DNA of 64,000 nucleotides, from positions 62,001-126,000 of the forward strand of contig NIVC01000493.1 in NCBI GenBank assembly GCA_002269645.1. Reading direction: 5' to 3'. Positions 41,952 through 55,124 of this stretch are shown one piece after another. Each line of letters begins with the position of its first letter. Positions within the stretch are counted from its first letter, which is position 1. The DNA is from Macrostomum lignano. Taxonomy: Eukaryota. The notes beneath the pieces were generated by a model. That model ran no database searches and was not told the DNA's origin. It was given only the letters and a program-made list of their open reading frames with translations. The translations under genes were made by a program, and so were the position numbers.

Positions 41952-42249
41952 CGGTACATCGCTTCCATTCCGGGAGTAAGTTGACATCCCTTTACTAAGG
42001 ATTCTTTCTCCTATCCCGAGTCCCAACAGTATTTTCGGTCCAGAATGCATAAAAAATCTGACTCAATGATTTCACTGCGAGGTTTGTGCCGGAATCCGAA
42101 GCCTAATCATGCCTTTGCAAGCTGTCATCTTTTGCATAAAGAAAACTGAGTGAGATCAGTAAACACTGCTTCATGTGCTTTTACTTGGAATGGCAAGCAT
42201 TAATTAGCATTTAAATACAATAGCAAATTTACAGGAGATGATAAAAGAT

Positions 42250-42297
<48 letters not shown>

Positions 42298-42313
42298 CAA
42301 AACGAGTACAATT

Positions 42314-43459
42314 CTATCTGCCAGGTCTGTCAGCAGTGGGAGGCACCTGGCCGAGTCCCTGCCTGCCTGAGGAGCGCTGCTTCAACGCAAGCCTCTCTGT
42401 TGGAAGTGTCGAGCGGCCCCTGCGTTTATCTTCAGGCCGATGGCAACGGAAAACACTACGCCGAAAGCGGCTGTTGGTGAGAATGTAACTGAAGAAGTTG
42501 CTGATGGAGTCCAGCACAATGCAGGTGTTGCTGATCCAGAATAGCGAGTACATGCCAAAGAAGTGCTCCAGGTTGTACAGCACAAACACGGGCGTCTCGA
42601 ACAGCAGGAAGGTCAGGCAGAGGTACATCACCATGGTCTGGATGCGCTGCTCGTCAGTCGCTCTGGCCTCGGCGCTGGCGCCTTCCCCGCCCTGCTGTCT
42701 CCGCAAGCCCAACTGCTGGTTCCTGCGGCGCCTGGCAACCAGCTTAGCAACGGTGACGCCGGACATGGCGGTGGTGCACAGCAGGGGCACCACCGTCTGG
42801 ATGAGGGCGGCAACGTAAGCCTCAAAGTAGAAGAACCAGGCGCTGTCGTACAGGAACGGCAGCACGACGGCCTCGCCAGACTCTTCCTGGCCATCCGTGT
42901 CGAGGCAGTAGACGGCGCGCACTCGAAGGCTGCGCACAAGGTTCACAGCCAGGCTGACGGTTGCTATAGCAACAGCTAGACGCCGGCTCCTGCCGAGGCT
43001 GACCAGCCGCTGAGCGGAGACTCGAACCACCGCCTCAAGGCGGACAGCGGCCAGCACTGCGAAGCTCCAGTTGCGAAAGCAGAGCGCGGCAAGCGACAGA
43101 GTCTGCAACACGGCACCAGAATGGTAGACCAGCGGAGTGAGGCCTCCGGAGTCGAATTGGGGAAAGCGGTCGCAGGGTTTGGCGGCCATGAAGAAGGCGA
43201 ACTGGCAGAACAGGCAGAGGTTCATGCAGACCTCGCTGCCGCAGAGGCACCAGATCCAGAACAGCAGGATGCTCGTCACCCGTTGTCTAGCGAACACCAG
43301 CAGCGCCCAGAGGTTCAGCAGCAGGGCCGTCAGGGTCAGCGGCAGCAGGATGCGGGCCTCCAGGTCCAGGGGGCTCGGACAGTCGGCCCAGGTGAAATTT
43401 CTGCCACCGGCAGAGGCGTTGCACTCGACCCGAGTGTACAGCAGCGGCAGCGGGATCAT
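42314..43459 (-). CDS. Orphan rhodopsin-class (peptide receptor-like) GPCR, 381 aa in a single ORF; possible alternative last exon 40945-40748
   Basis: Seven hydrophobic segments; TM1 NLWAL, TM3 end VRLEAV (DRY-equivalent), TM5 VVP, TM6 TFLLFETP, TM7 SISNFFSY...RFRR, as in invertebrate FMRFamide-receptor-like/srw-type GPCRs. An acceptor CAG directly precedes the ATG. Confidence 0.85.
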   Translation of the reverse strand: MIPLPLLYTRVECNASAGGRNFTWADCPSPLDLEARILLPLTLTALLLNLWALLVFARQRVTSILLFWIWCLCGSEVCMNLCLFCQFAFFMAAKPCDRFPQFDSGGLTPLVYHSGAVLQTLSLAALCFRNWSFAVLAAVRLEAVVRVSAQRLVSLGRSRRLAVAIATVSLAVNLVRSLRVRAVYCLDTDGQEESGEAVVLPFLYDSAWFFYFEAYVAALIQTVVPLLCTTAMSGVTVAKLVARRRRNQQLGLRRQQGGEGASAEARATDEQRIQTMVMYLCLTFLLFETPVFVLYNLEHFFGMYSLFWISNTCIVLDSISNFFSYILTNSRFRRSVFRCHRPEDKRRGRSTLPTERLALKQRSSGRQGLGQVPPTADRPGR

Positions 43460-44000
43460 CTGTCGGACTTTTAGACTGGATATTGGAACTGAGAAGAATT
43501 AATTGGTTTTACGAGAGAGGAATTTTGTCCTTCAAATAGCCCCTCCCCATCTTGAGAGGACCAATGGCACGCGGTATTGTCATCGAGCGAATCACGGAAA
43601 AGCTGATCTGTACAGAGTTGCACAGCCAGCAATTGAAGGAGTTGGCATTGTCGGTAAAGCAGAGACCATCAGAGAAGTTGTGCTGAGCGAAGCTGTCAAA
43701 CAGCTCAGATCAAAATCAGCTGTTGAAAAGCTTTGGAACTTGCTATGGCTATTCAGCGATCAATATTTTTCTACGCAGTGACGAGCTGAAGTGTGCGAGC
43801 AGGCAGTTTGAGCCTTCGCTTATCATAGCTGTCAAGCCAGTCAAACTGTGAGCTCAAGTAGCTGACTGCAGTATACGGAACCCCTGATCAGTTCAGTGGA
43901 AGCAGAGTGGAAGCGCTTCTGACTCTCGGGCCCGATTTCTTGAGTTCTGTGGAGCAATTTGGGGTCTTCGCGCTATTTTAGGCTTTTAGAAGTGAAATCC

Positions 44001-44084
44001 CCAAGGCACAGAGACTGTACATGCCTGACGATTGGAAAGTCAGGGCCAGTGTACACCCTGTGTGAGCGTGAGCCTGCGTACGTA
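44001..44084 (+). mobile_element. SINE family A, internal fragment (copy 4)
   Basis: CCAAGGCACAGAGA..GTACATGCCTGACGATT.GAAAGTCAGGGCCA.TGTACACCCTGTGTGAGCGTG matches the reverse complement of about 17357-17450. Confidence 0.75.
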
Positions 44085-44744
44085 TCCCTCTGTACATGCT
44101 CGGGGGGATGAGCATCACTGATTGCCTACTCGGGATGTCTGTCACCTGCATTGACTTTCCGCAGCGCCCACAGTCCCTTTGCAAACTGACTGACTAATAA
44201 ATTCAATAGATTTTTGTACTAAGTTAGCAATATCCGGTAAAGAAAACAATGCCAGACAAGATTGCAGCCTCGGTATCGTGATCTGATATAATAGAAATAA
44301 GGCTTTCGTGTTGATGATGTTGCGGCCTCAGATCCAAAATAGCAGCAATTCAATTTACTTGACTGGGAGGCAGCCGCCTTCTCCTCAGCTCTCCCCAGGG
44401 ATCCGATAGATAAGCGAAAGGCTGGACAACAAACGCACTCAAATGAAACTCGAATGAGGATTGGCTTCAGCCTCTCCAGTGAGGCACCTCTGCATCTACT
44501 CTCTTTGCCTTCCCTTGCTCTGCCGAGATTATTTATTTGTTTAACTACATAAAATCCAAAGACACTAAACTTCGAAAAACGCACTACTAAAAAAGCCACT
44601 ACTCTCAAACAGTAGGAATACACGGTTCCAAAAATATTATCCGTTTAATTTGTAGAAAAGCAATAAGAAAAACAAACATCAAACAATCAATGCATAGAAT
44701 GCAGGTTCGTTGAGTTTTATTGGTTATAGAAAGAATGATATTCA

Positions 44745-45669
44745 CAGCTGACCCATCCCCAGCCCCAACTGACCCCCCACCTCCAGCCCCAGCTGAGCCA
44801 CAGCTGACCCCATCCCCAGCTCCAGCTGACCCCCACCCCCAGCCCCAGCTGACCCCCATCCCAGCACCAGCTGATCCCCATCCCCACCTCAGCTGACCCC
44901 CTTCCCTGCCCCAGCTGATCCCCCATCCCCACCTCAGCTGACCCCCTCCCCAGCCCCAGCTGACCCCAAATCCCCAGCCCCAGCTGACCCCCCACCCCCA
45001 GCCCCAGCTGACCCCCATCCCAGCACCAGCTGATCCCCCATCCCCACCTCAGCTGACCCCCTTCCCTGCCCCAGCTGATCCCCCCATCCCCACCTCAGCT
45101 GACCCCCCTCCCCAGCCCCAGCTGACCCCAAATCCCCAGCCCCAGCTGACCCCCTCCCCAGCCCAGCTGACCCCAAATCCCCAGCCCCAGCTGACCCCAA
45201 ATCCCCAGCCCCAGCTGACCCCAAATCCCCAGCCCAGCTGACCCCAAATCCCCAGCCCCAGCTGACCCCCTCCCCAGCCCCAGCTGACCCCATCCCAGCA
45301 CTAGCTGATCCCCCATCCCCACCTCAGCTGACCCCTCTCCCCAGCCCCAGCTGACCCCAAATCCCCAGCCCCAGCTGACCCCAAATCCCCAGCCCCAGCT
45401 GACCCCAAATCCCCAGCCCCAGCTGACCCCCCTCCCCAGCCCCAGCTGACCCCAAATCCCCAGCCCCAGCTGACCCCAAATCCCCAGCCCCATCTGACCC
45501 CAAATCCCCAGCCCCATCTGACCCCAAATCCCCAGCCCCAGCTGACCCCAAATCCCCAGCCCCATCTGACCCCAAATCCCCAGCCCCATCTGACCCCAAA
45601 TCCCCAGCCCCAGCTGACCCCAAATCCCCAGCCCCATCTGACCCAAATCCCCAGCCCCAGCTGACCCCC
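44745..45669. repeat. C-rich compound minisatellite (core CAGCTGACCCCAAATCCCCAGCCC, about 24 bp with variants)
   Basis: Direct inspection. The minus strand is very G-rich. Confidence 0.92.
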
Positions 45670-45671
45670 CA

Positions 45672-47992
<2,321 letters not shown>

Positions 47993-48446
47993 TCTTCGCG
48001 AGTTGGCAAAAAGAAAATTAAAACAATCGAGCTGCTCAATTCCCGGATTTTATTCCGCTTTTATCAGTAAATAAATTGGCAGTCAGAACAACGTAAGAAG
48101 AAAAATGAATAATCCGATTTTCAAGAGCAGCGAGACAATGGTTGGGTAGTGATTTTCATCCGAACAATAAGAGCGTGAAAGCAAGGCAGTATTGCCGATT
48201 TTAATATATTTGATGCACTGGGGGCACAAGGGGATACAGGTAAGAGAGGCAGAGAGGCGTCGTTGGGGATGGGGGCTCTCAAAAACAGAGTAGATTAAAG
48301 CTATTAGATTAAATTTTTACCAGATGGCATGCGCAGTGTTTCTCAGTAGGCATGTGGCATATTTTTGAACTGCTGCGTACCAATCAGTATGTTGCTCTCG
48401 CGAGTGCATAAGGGATTTTGAACCATTGGGGCCGCAAAACCTACAT

Positions 48447-50207
48447 CTCAATCTGATAGATCCCTGCATCTCAGTCTGATAGATCCCTACATCTCAGTCT
48501 GATAGATCCCTGCATCTCAGTCTAATAGATCCCTACATCTCAGTCTAATAGATCCCTGCATCTCAGTCTGATAGATCCCTGCATCTCTGTCTGATAGATC
48601 CCTGCATCTCAGTCTGATAGATCCCTGCATCTCAGTCTGATAGATCCCTGCATCTCAGTCTAATAGATCCCTACATCTCAGTCTAATAGATCCCTGCATC
48701 TCAGTCTGATAGATCCCTGCATCTCTGTCTGATAGATCCCTGCATCTCAGTCTGATAGATCCCTGCATCTCAGTCTGATAGATCCCTGCATCTCAGTCTG
48801 ATAGATCCCTGCATTTCAATCTGACAGATCCCTGCATCTCAGTCTGATAGATCCCTGCATTTCAATCTGACAGATCATTGCATCTCAGTCTGATAGATCC
48901 CTGAATCTCAGTCTAATAGATCCCTACATCTCAGTCTAATAGATCCCTGCATCTCAGTCTGATACAATAAATCCCTCTATCTCAGTCTGATAGATCCCTG
49001 CTGTAGAGTCTTCAGCCTCTATTCAGCCTCTATTCAGCCTCTATTCAGCCTCTATTCAGCCTCTATTCAGCCTCTCTTACAAAAAATCCATGAAATTGTT
49101 AACGTACTACTTATGTAGTAGTAAGACAAGTAGCATGTATAAAGATATGCACTAAACCATACATATAATTTGATCAACCAATAAGAAGAGAGAAATCTCG
49201 AGCATGCTAATTTTAGAAATCACCCAATCACGTGCGACCCACAACTGTCAATTCAAACCCCACCTTCAAGTCATCATTTGGTTTGCACCCGGGTTGCACC
49301 CGGATGAACCAATCAAAGTCTACCAACTACGGTAACCAATCATGCGCTTTTACAGTAGACTAGTTGCGCAACTTTCTACCCTGTCATGCTTGACAGCCAC
49401 CGAATCGTGACCCTTTGACATTTACGAAAAAGTGATGGACGACCTCGAGAGAGGTTCATTTGCCTATAAATACAAGTGGTCCGAAGCGGACCCGGAGCCA
49501 AGAAATCCTCCGGAAGGAGAAGAGCTCCGAAGAGGAAGCCACTACAGGACTTCCTACAGAAGACTCGTCGTGTTCTTGCGGTAAGCCTTACTCATTTGCG
49601 CCTGTGTTTGAGACGTCTCATTTGTGTTTAGTTTGAGTCTGTTGAGACTCTTGAGTCTATTGAGACTCCATTGGTTGCAGTCTCCAGAAGGACTGCCCCT
49701 GATAGATCTTAGAAGACAGTGGTTTGCGGAGCTATACCTAAAGTGCGTTAAGGCACTGCTAGAAGGAGTAGGCTTATACGATACCGCAGTTCGGCGCAGG
49801 GATCCCATTGTTAATTGGAAGCTTCCCATTGGTCTACGTGACAGATACCGGCCGGCGAGAAACGAAGAAGACTTACCTGACCAGGCTCCTGGAGCGAAGC
49901 GAAGTTAATCGGCAAACTTCAAAGGACCACTCGCGAGAACTACGCAAGGAAGAGATCGACTCAACCGGACACAAGGTAAAAGATACCTTCATTTGATTAC
50001 TGGGTTGCCTAGCTAAAGAGCTAGAAGTGATTGTTCCTTGATTACAGAAAAGGTCTGGTAATAAGGAACACATCACTGCATCTCAATCTGATGCAATAAA
50101 TCCCTGCATCCCAATCTGATATCAATAGATCCCTGCATCTCAGTCTGATAGATCCCTGCATCTCAGTCTGATAGATCCCTGCATCTCAGTCTGATAGATC
50201 CCTGCAA
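48447..50207. repeat. 23-bp satellite (GATAGATCCCTGCATCTCAGTCT), split by a solo LTR: arms at about 48447-49001 and 50076-50207
   Basis: Period of 23 (CCTGCATCTC at 48601 and 48624). The array resumes in register after the insertion. Confidence 0.92.
49002..50075 (+). mobile_element. Solo LTR (1,074 bp), TG...CA ends, 4-bp TSD CTGC; probably Gypsy-like
   Basis: Starts TGTAGAG at 49002 and ends ACACATCA at 50075. CTGC lies at 48998-49001 and 50076-50079; removing the insert restores an intact satellite unit. Four plus-strand CCAAT boxes (about 49179-49340) precede TATAAATA at about 49466. Confidence 0.85.
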
Positions 50208-50211
50208 ATCA

Positions 50212-50740
50212 GGGAAACCAGACACCTCACTGCATCTCACGGAAACCGGACACCTCACTGCATCTCACGGAAACCGGACACCTCACTGCATCTCACGGAA
50301 ACCGGACACCTCACTGCATCTCACGGAAACCGGACACCTCACTGCATCTCACGGAAACTGGACACCTCCCTGCATCTCACGGAAACCGGACACCTCACTG
50401 CATCTCACGGAAACCGGACACCTCACTGCATCTCACGGAAACCGGACACCTCACTGCATCTCACGGAAACCGGACACCTCACTGCATCTCACGGAAACTG
50501 GACACCTCCCTGCATCTCACGGAAACTGGACACCTCACTGCATCTCACGGAAACTGGACACCTCCCTGCATCTCACGGAAACCGGACACCTCCCTGCATC
50601 TCACGGAAACCGGACACCTCACTGCATCTCACGGAAACCGGACACCTCCCTGCATCTCACGGAAACCGGACACCTCCCTGCATCTCACGGAAACCGGACA
50701 CCTCCCTGCATCTCACGGAAACCGGACACCTCCCTGCATC
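50212..50740. repeat. 28-bp minisatellite (GGAAACCGGACACCTCACTGCATCTCAC), about 19 copies
   Basis: GGAAACC at 50241 and 50269. Shares the CTGCATCTCA core with the adjacent 23-bp satellite. Confidence 0.93.
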
Positions 50741-50754
50741 TGAGCTCAACCGTG

Positions 50755-53700
50755 TCAAAAGTCTCCGGGCAGGACCCCAGCACCCGCATCCGCCCAGTAG
50801 CCTCGCAGGTAGATGGCCCAGTAGGCGCAGTTGAGCAGCCCGAAGGCCAGCGGGAATAGCAGACGGGCGGCCCGGTCCACTTCGCTGACGGAGTTGCGCC
50901 AGGCCGCCGGGCGCCGGCCGGAATGGCGCCAGCGCCGACTGCCGCGCAAGCAGCTCGCCGCATCGCGCAAGCATCGGCCGAGGCGTCGCCGTCGAAGCTC
51001 CCGCGGCTCAGTCGACATCGCGGCGCTACTAACTTGGCCGACTTCGTCGACGCTGCCGCTGTCGCTACTGGAAGCGTCGGAGTCCATGCTCAGGTAGACT
51101 TCACCAGTGCCGTGCTTGGTGAAGTGGTGCACCACAGCGAACTGGAGCAGTGTGCTCAGCACGAAGGTGAAGCAGAGCGCTACGTACCAATCCAGCGCTG
51201 TGGAGTAGCCCACGCGGGGCAGGTCGGAGCGGCAGTCCATGAACAGGAAGGCCATGCTCAGCACCGTCATGATGCAGAGAGCCACCCGGTCCGCAGTGGC
51301 CTCCCGGTTCAGCCAGAAGCTCACCCTGGTGGAGTTTGAATGAGATCAGATTGAATTAAGAGGGCTGTTGCACTAAACTAACAGCAAAAACGGTATCCAA
51401 CAGTATCGAACAGCATCCAACAGCATCCAACAGCATCGAACAGCATCCAACAGTATCCAACAGCATCCAACAGCATCCAACAGTATCCAACAGCATCCAA
51501 CAGCATCCAACAGCATCCAACAGCATCCAACAGCATCCAACAGTATCCAACAGTATCCAACAGCATCCAACAGTATCCAACAGCATCCAACAACATCCAA
51601 CAGTATCCAACAGCATCCAACAGCATCCAACAGTATCCAACAGCATCCAACAGGATCCAACAGTATCCAACAGTATCCAACAGTATCCAACAGTATCCAA
51701 CAGTATCCAACATTATCCAACAGCATCCAACAGTATCCAACAGTATCCAACAGTATCCAACAGCATCCAACAGTATCCAACAGTATCCAACAGTATCCAA
51801 CAGCATCCAACATTATCCAACAGTATCCAACAGCATCCAACAGCATCCAACAGTATCCAACAGTATCCAACATCATCCAACAGCATCCAACAGTATCTAA
51901 CAGTATCCAACAGTATCCAACAGTATCCAACAGTATCCAACAGTACGCAACAGTATCCAACAGCATCCAATAGTATCCAACAGCATCCAACAGCATCTAA
52001 CAGTATTCAACAGCATCCAACAGTATCCAACAGTATCCAACAGTATCCAACAGCATCCAACAGTATCCAACAGCATCCAACAGGATCCAACAGTATCCAA
52101 CAGTATCCAACAGTATCCAACATTATCCAACAGCATCCAACAGTATCCAACAGTATCCAACAGTATCCAACAGCATCCAACAGTATCCAACAGTATCCAA
52201 CAGTATCCAACAGCATCCAACATTATCCAACAGTATCCAACAGCATCCAACAGCATCCAACAGTATCCAACAGTATCCAACAGTATCCAACAGCATCCAA
52301 CATTATCCAACAGTATCCAACATTATCCAACAGCATCAAACAGTATCCAACCGTATCCAACAGTATCCAGCAGTATCCAACAGTATCCAACAGCATCCAA
52401 CAGCATCCAACAGTATCCAACAGTATCTAACAGTATCCAACAGTATCCAACAGTATCCAACAGTATCCAACCGTATCCAACAGTATCCAACAGTATCTAA
52501 CAGTATCCAACAGTATCCAACAGTATCCAACAGTATCCAACAGTATCCAACAGTATCCAACAGTATCCAACAGTATCCAACAGTATCCAACAGTATCCAA
52601 CAGTATCGAGCAGTATCCAACAGTATCCAACAGTATCCAACAGTATCCAACAGTATCCAACAGCATCCAACAGTATCCAACAGTATCTAACAGTATCTAA
52701 CAGTATCCAACAGTATCCAACAGTATCTAACAGTATCCAACAGTATCCAGCAGTATCTAACGGGTCTTACCAGGACAGCACCACCAGCAGAGCGCAGGGA
52801 AAGTACAGCTGAATTAGAAAGAAGCCGATGTGCCTTTTCAGCACAAAGTCAACGGCTAGCACGGAGTGAAGGCCTCGGCGGGCCAGCCGCTGCTGCCCGG
52901 ACCCAGCCGGCGAGGCCACCAAGTCGAACTGGGCCATCATGAGGCTGGCCGCGGTCTCGATGCGGCTCCGGCCGGGTCGCCAGGCGTAGCGAATCTCTGT
53001 CAGCGGGTAGCCGTGGCTGCCGATGCGCAGCGGGCAGCGCTGCATGTCCATGGGGTAGTTGCTGAAGTCCATTGGACAACGGGCCTGTTTCGGTTTCGGT
53101 TGTTCCGGACACATTCGGGTGGGGGGGGGGCAACTGTTACGTGCAGAAAGCAAACACAAAATTCTCAAAAGTTTACCAACCCTGATGGATCATGAAGCTT
53201 CCACTTGATTGATAAACCGCTTGTTCTATAAGGAGAGGGTTGTAGCCTAGTGGTTAGAGCGTCGGACTCACGACTTAAAGGTCGGGGGTTCGATTCCCGA
53301 TCCCACTGGAACAATTTGTGTCCTTGAGCAAGACACTTAACTCTGCATTGCTTCAGTTCACCGAGAGTGTAAAATGGGTAATTGAGGATGTGTGTGGCGA
53401 CCCCCAACAGTCCTTGGACTCCAAACAGCCGTACGCAGCGCCGCGCAATCGCTGCAGCTGAGCTATCGGTTGCACCTCTGGCCCTATTGGGGCAGGTGTA
53501 ATCAACTATGATTAAATTATTACGTACTATTAAAGAGATAAAGATTTTCGAGAAAATTGTCACCTTTATTGTCAGCCGCATTGAGTACAGAATCTCCCCG
53601 GTGTGCTTGATCCGAATCAGAACGTTTGGCGAAGTGATGTTGTGCAGGTAGGACGCATGCCCATTGAGAAAGAATGTGTCCGGTCGCCAGATTTCGTTCA

Positions 53701-54007
53701 GAAATTTCTCGTTCAATTGAAACGACTCAAAGCAGGTGTCGTTCAAGCTGAAGGCGAGTCGCTTGTCTGTCCACAGCTGGCGGAAGTAGCAGTCCAGCGA
53801 GATGGCCATATCCTTGTCGGACACCGGGCCCATGCTGCGGATGTTGACGCTGATGCGGATCTCTAGCGGCTGGTCGGAGTCCAACAGAGGCCTGGCGCGC
53901 CTGTCGTAGTTGCTCAGAAGGCCGTCAAGAATGTTTGAGACGTGCGTCAGGTTGGCTGCCACCGGAGCAACCGTTAGGAGCACCTGGAGGAGCACTGCTG
54001 GGAACAT
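50755..54007 (-). CDS. Cys-loop ligand-gated ion channel, GABA-A/GRD-like subunit; exons 54007-53564, 53084-52771, 51325-50755; 442 aa
   Basis: Signal peptide, LDCYFRQLW, IWRPDTFFLNG, Cys-loop CPMDFSNYPMDMQRC, M1 PCALLVVLSWVSFWLNREATADR, M3 TALDWYV and M4 NSVSEVDRAARLLFP. The NREATADRV and HFTKHGTGE segments resemble insect GRD. Confidence 0.92.
51394..52760. repeat. 10-bp minisatellite (CAGTATCCAA/CAGCATCCAA), about 135 copies, filling the last GRD-like intron
   Basis: Direct inspection. The array ends about 10 nt from the donor at 52770. Confidence 0.97.
53233..53520 (+). mobile_element. tRNA-derived SINE family B with CORE/V-like central domain
   Basis: A box TAGCCTAGTGGTTAGAGC and B box GGTTCGATTCCC, then TGTGTCCTTGAGCAAGACACTTAACTC...TGTAAAATGGG, which resembles the conserved central domain of CORE/V-type SINEs. 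Ends in an AT-rich tail. The anticodon arm does not pair. Confidence 0.8.
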
Positions 54008-54061
54008 GCTCTGTGGAGGGTCCAGAAAGGATGGATTGCCTTTTACGGACTTCTTTACCTA

Positions 54062-54552
54062 CTGCAGTGACAGCTACCGCTACCACCTCTGGTTCTGCAG
54101 TGACAGCTACCGCTACCACCTCCGGTACTGCAGTGACAGCTACCGCTACCACCTCCGGTCCTGCAGTGACAGCTACCGCTACCACCTCCGGTCCTGCAGT
54201 GACAGCTACCGCTACCACCTCCGGTCCTGCAGTGACAGCTACCGCTACCACCTCCGGTCCTGCAGTGACAGCTACCGCTACCACCTCCGGTCCTGCAGTG
54301 ACAGCTACCGCGACCACCTCCGGTCCTGCAGTGACAGCTACCGCTACCAACTCCGGTCCTGCAGTGACAGCTACCGCTACCACCTCCGGTCCTGCAGTGA
54401 CAGCTACCGCTACCACCTCCGGTCCTGCAGTGACAGCTACCGCTACCACCTCCGGTCCTGCAGTGACAGCTACCGCTACCACCTCCGGTCCTGCAGTGAC
54501 AGCTACCGCTACCACCTCCGGTCTTGCAGTGACAGCTACCGCTACCACCTCT
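54062..54552. repeat. 33-bp minisatellite (CTGCAGTGACAGCTACCGCTACCACCTCCGGTC), about 15 copies
   Basis: Period of 33, reflected in the 11-aa repeats of the ORF track. Confidence 0.95.
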
Positions 54553-55124
54553 GTAAGGTCCTCCTACGAGACCAGAAATCCCATTTCTACAATACATATG
54601 CTTCCCAAAAAGATGAATTAAGCTTAAGTCAAGCGAACGATGCCTGCAAGTGTTGCATTGGGTAGTATTTCTATCAGAGAATTTCTGAGCAAATGCAAAC
54701 TCAATTCAAAATATTTCGTTTTAGTTGTGCAAACAAATTTCCACGTAGAATTAATGCACAAGCGCTTCAAGCCCTGGCTGGCATCCATGCCACTCTATGC
54801 ACCTCGTTTTCCCAGATGGAGCTCAATAACATAAAGTACCACTAAGAGCGGCGGGTTACGAGCGAACTATATATGGTGGATTTAATGCCAATCATAAATA
54901 AAGTTATAGAGCTGACGGCCCGGTAGAAAAGCTTACTGCTTTGCATTATCATTGAGACCGCTTAATAGCCTAAATGGAAATGAATATTGAATTATGTTCT
55001 ATAGAAACCTTGGGACAGTGCATGATGCCAAAAGCCCTTTTTGATTTTTTAGCAATGAAAAATTATGATTGATCAACAGAGCTTGTGGTTAGTTAGTGGG
55101 TTCTACTCTCCCCTACCGGTTCTT

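Noticed and set aside
49554-49996. Short ORFs inside the LTR
   Set aside because: No recognisable domain; consistent with non-coding LTR R/U5 sequence.
51356-52680. Many LLDTVGYCW ORFs
   Set aside because: Products of the 10-bp intronic array.
53233-53305. tRNA gene
   Set aside because: A and B boxes are present but the anticodon and acceptor stems do not pair, and it runs into a SINE body.
53910-54665. Mucin-like (TATATTSGPAV) and Cys/His-rich repeat ORFs
   Set aside because: A 33-bp unit without stops in most frames; almost no synonymous variation; overlaps the 5' end of the GRD-like gene on the opposite strand.
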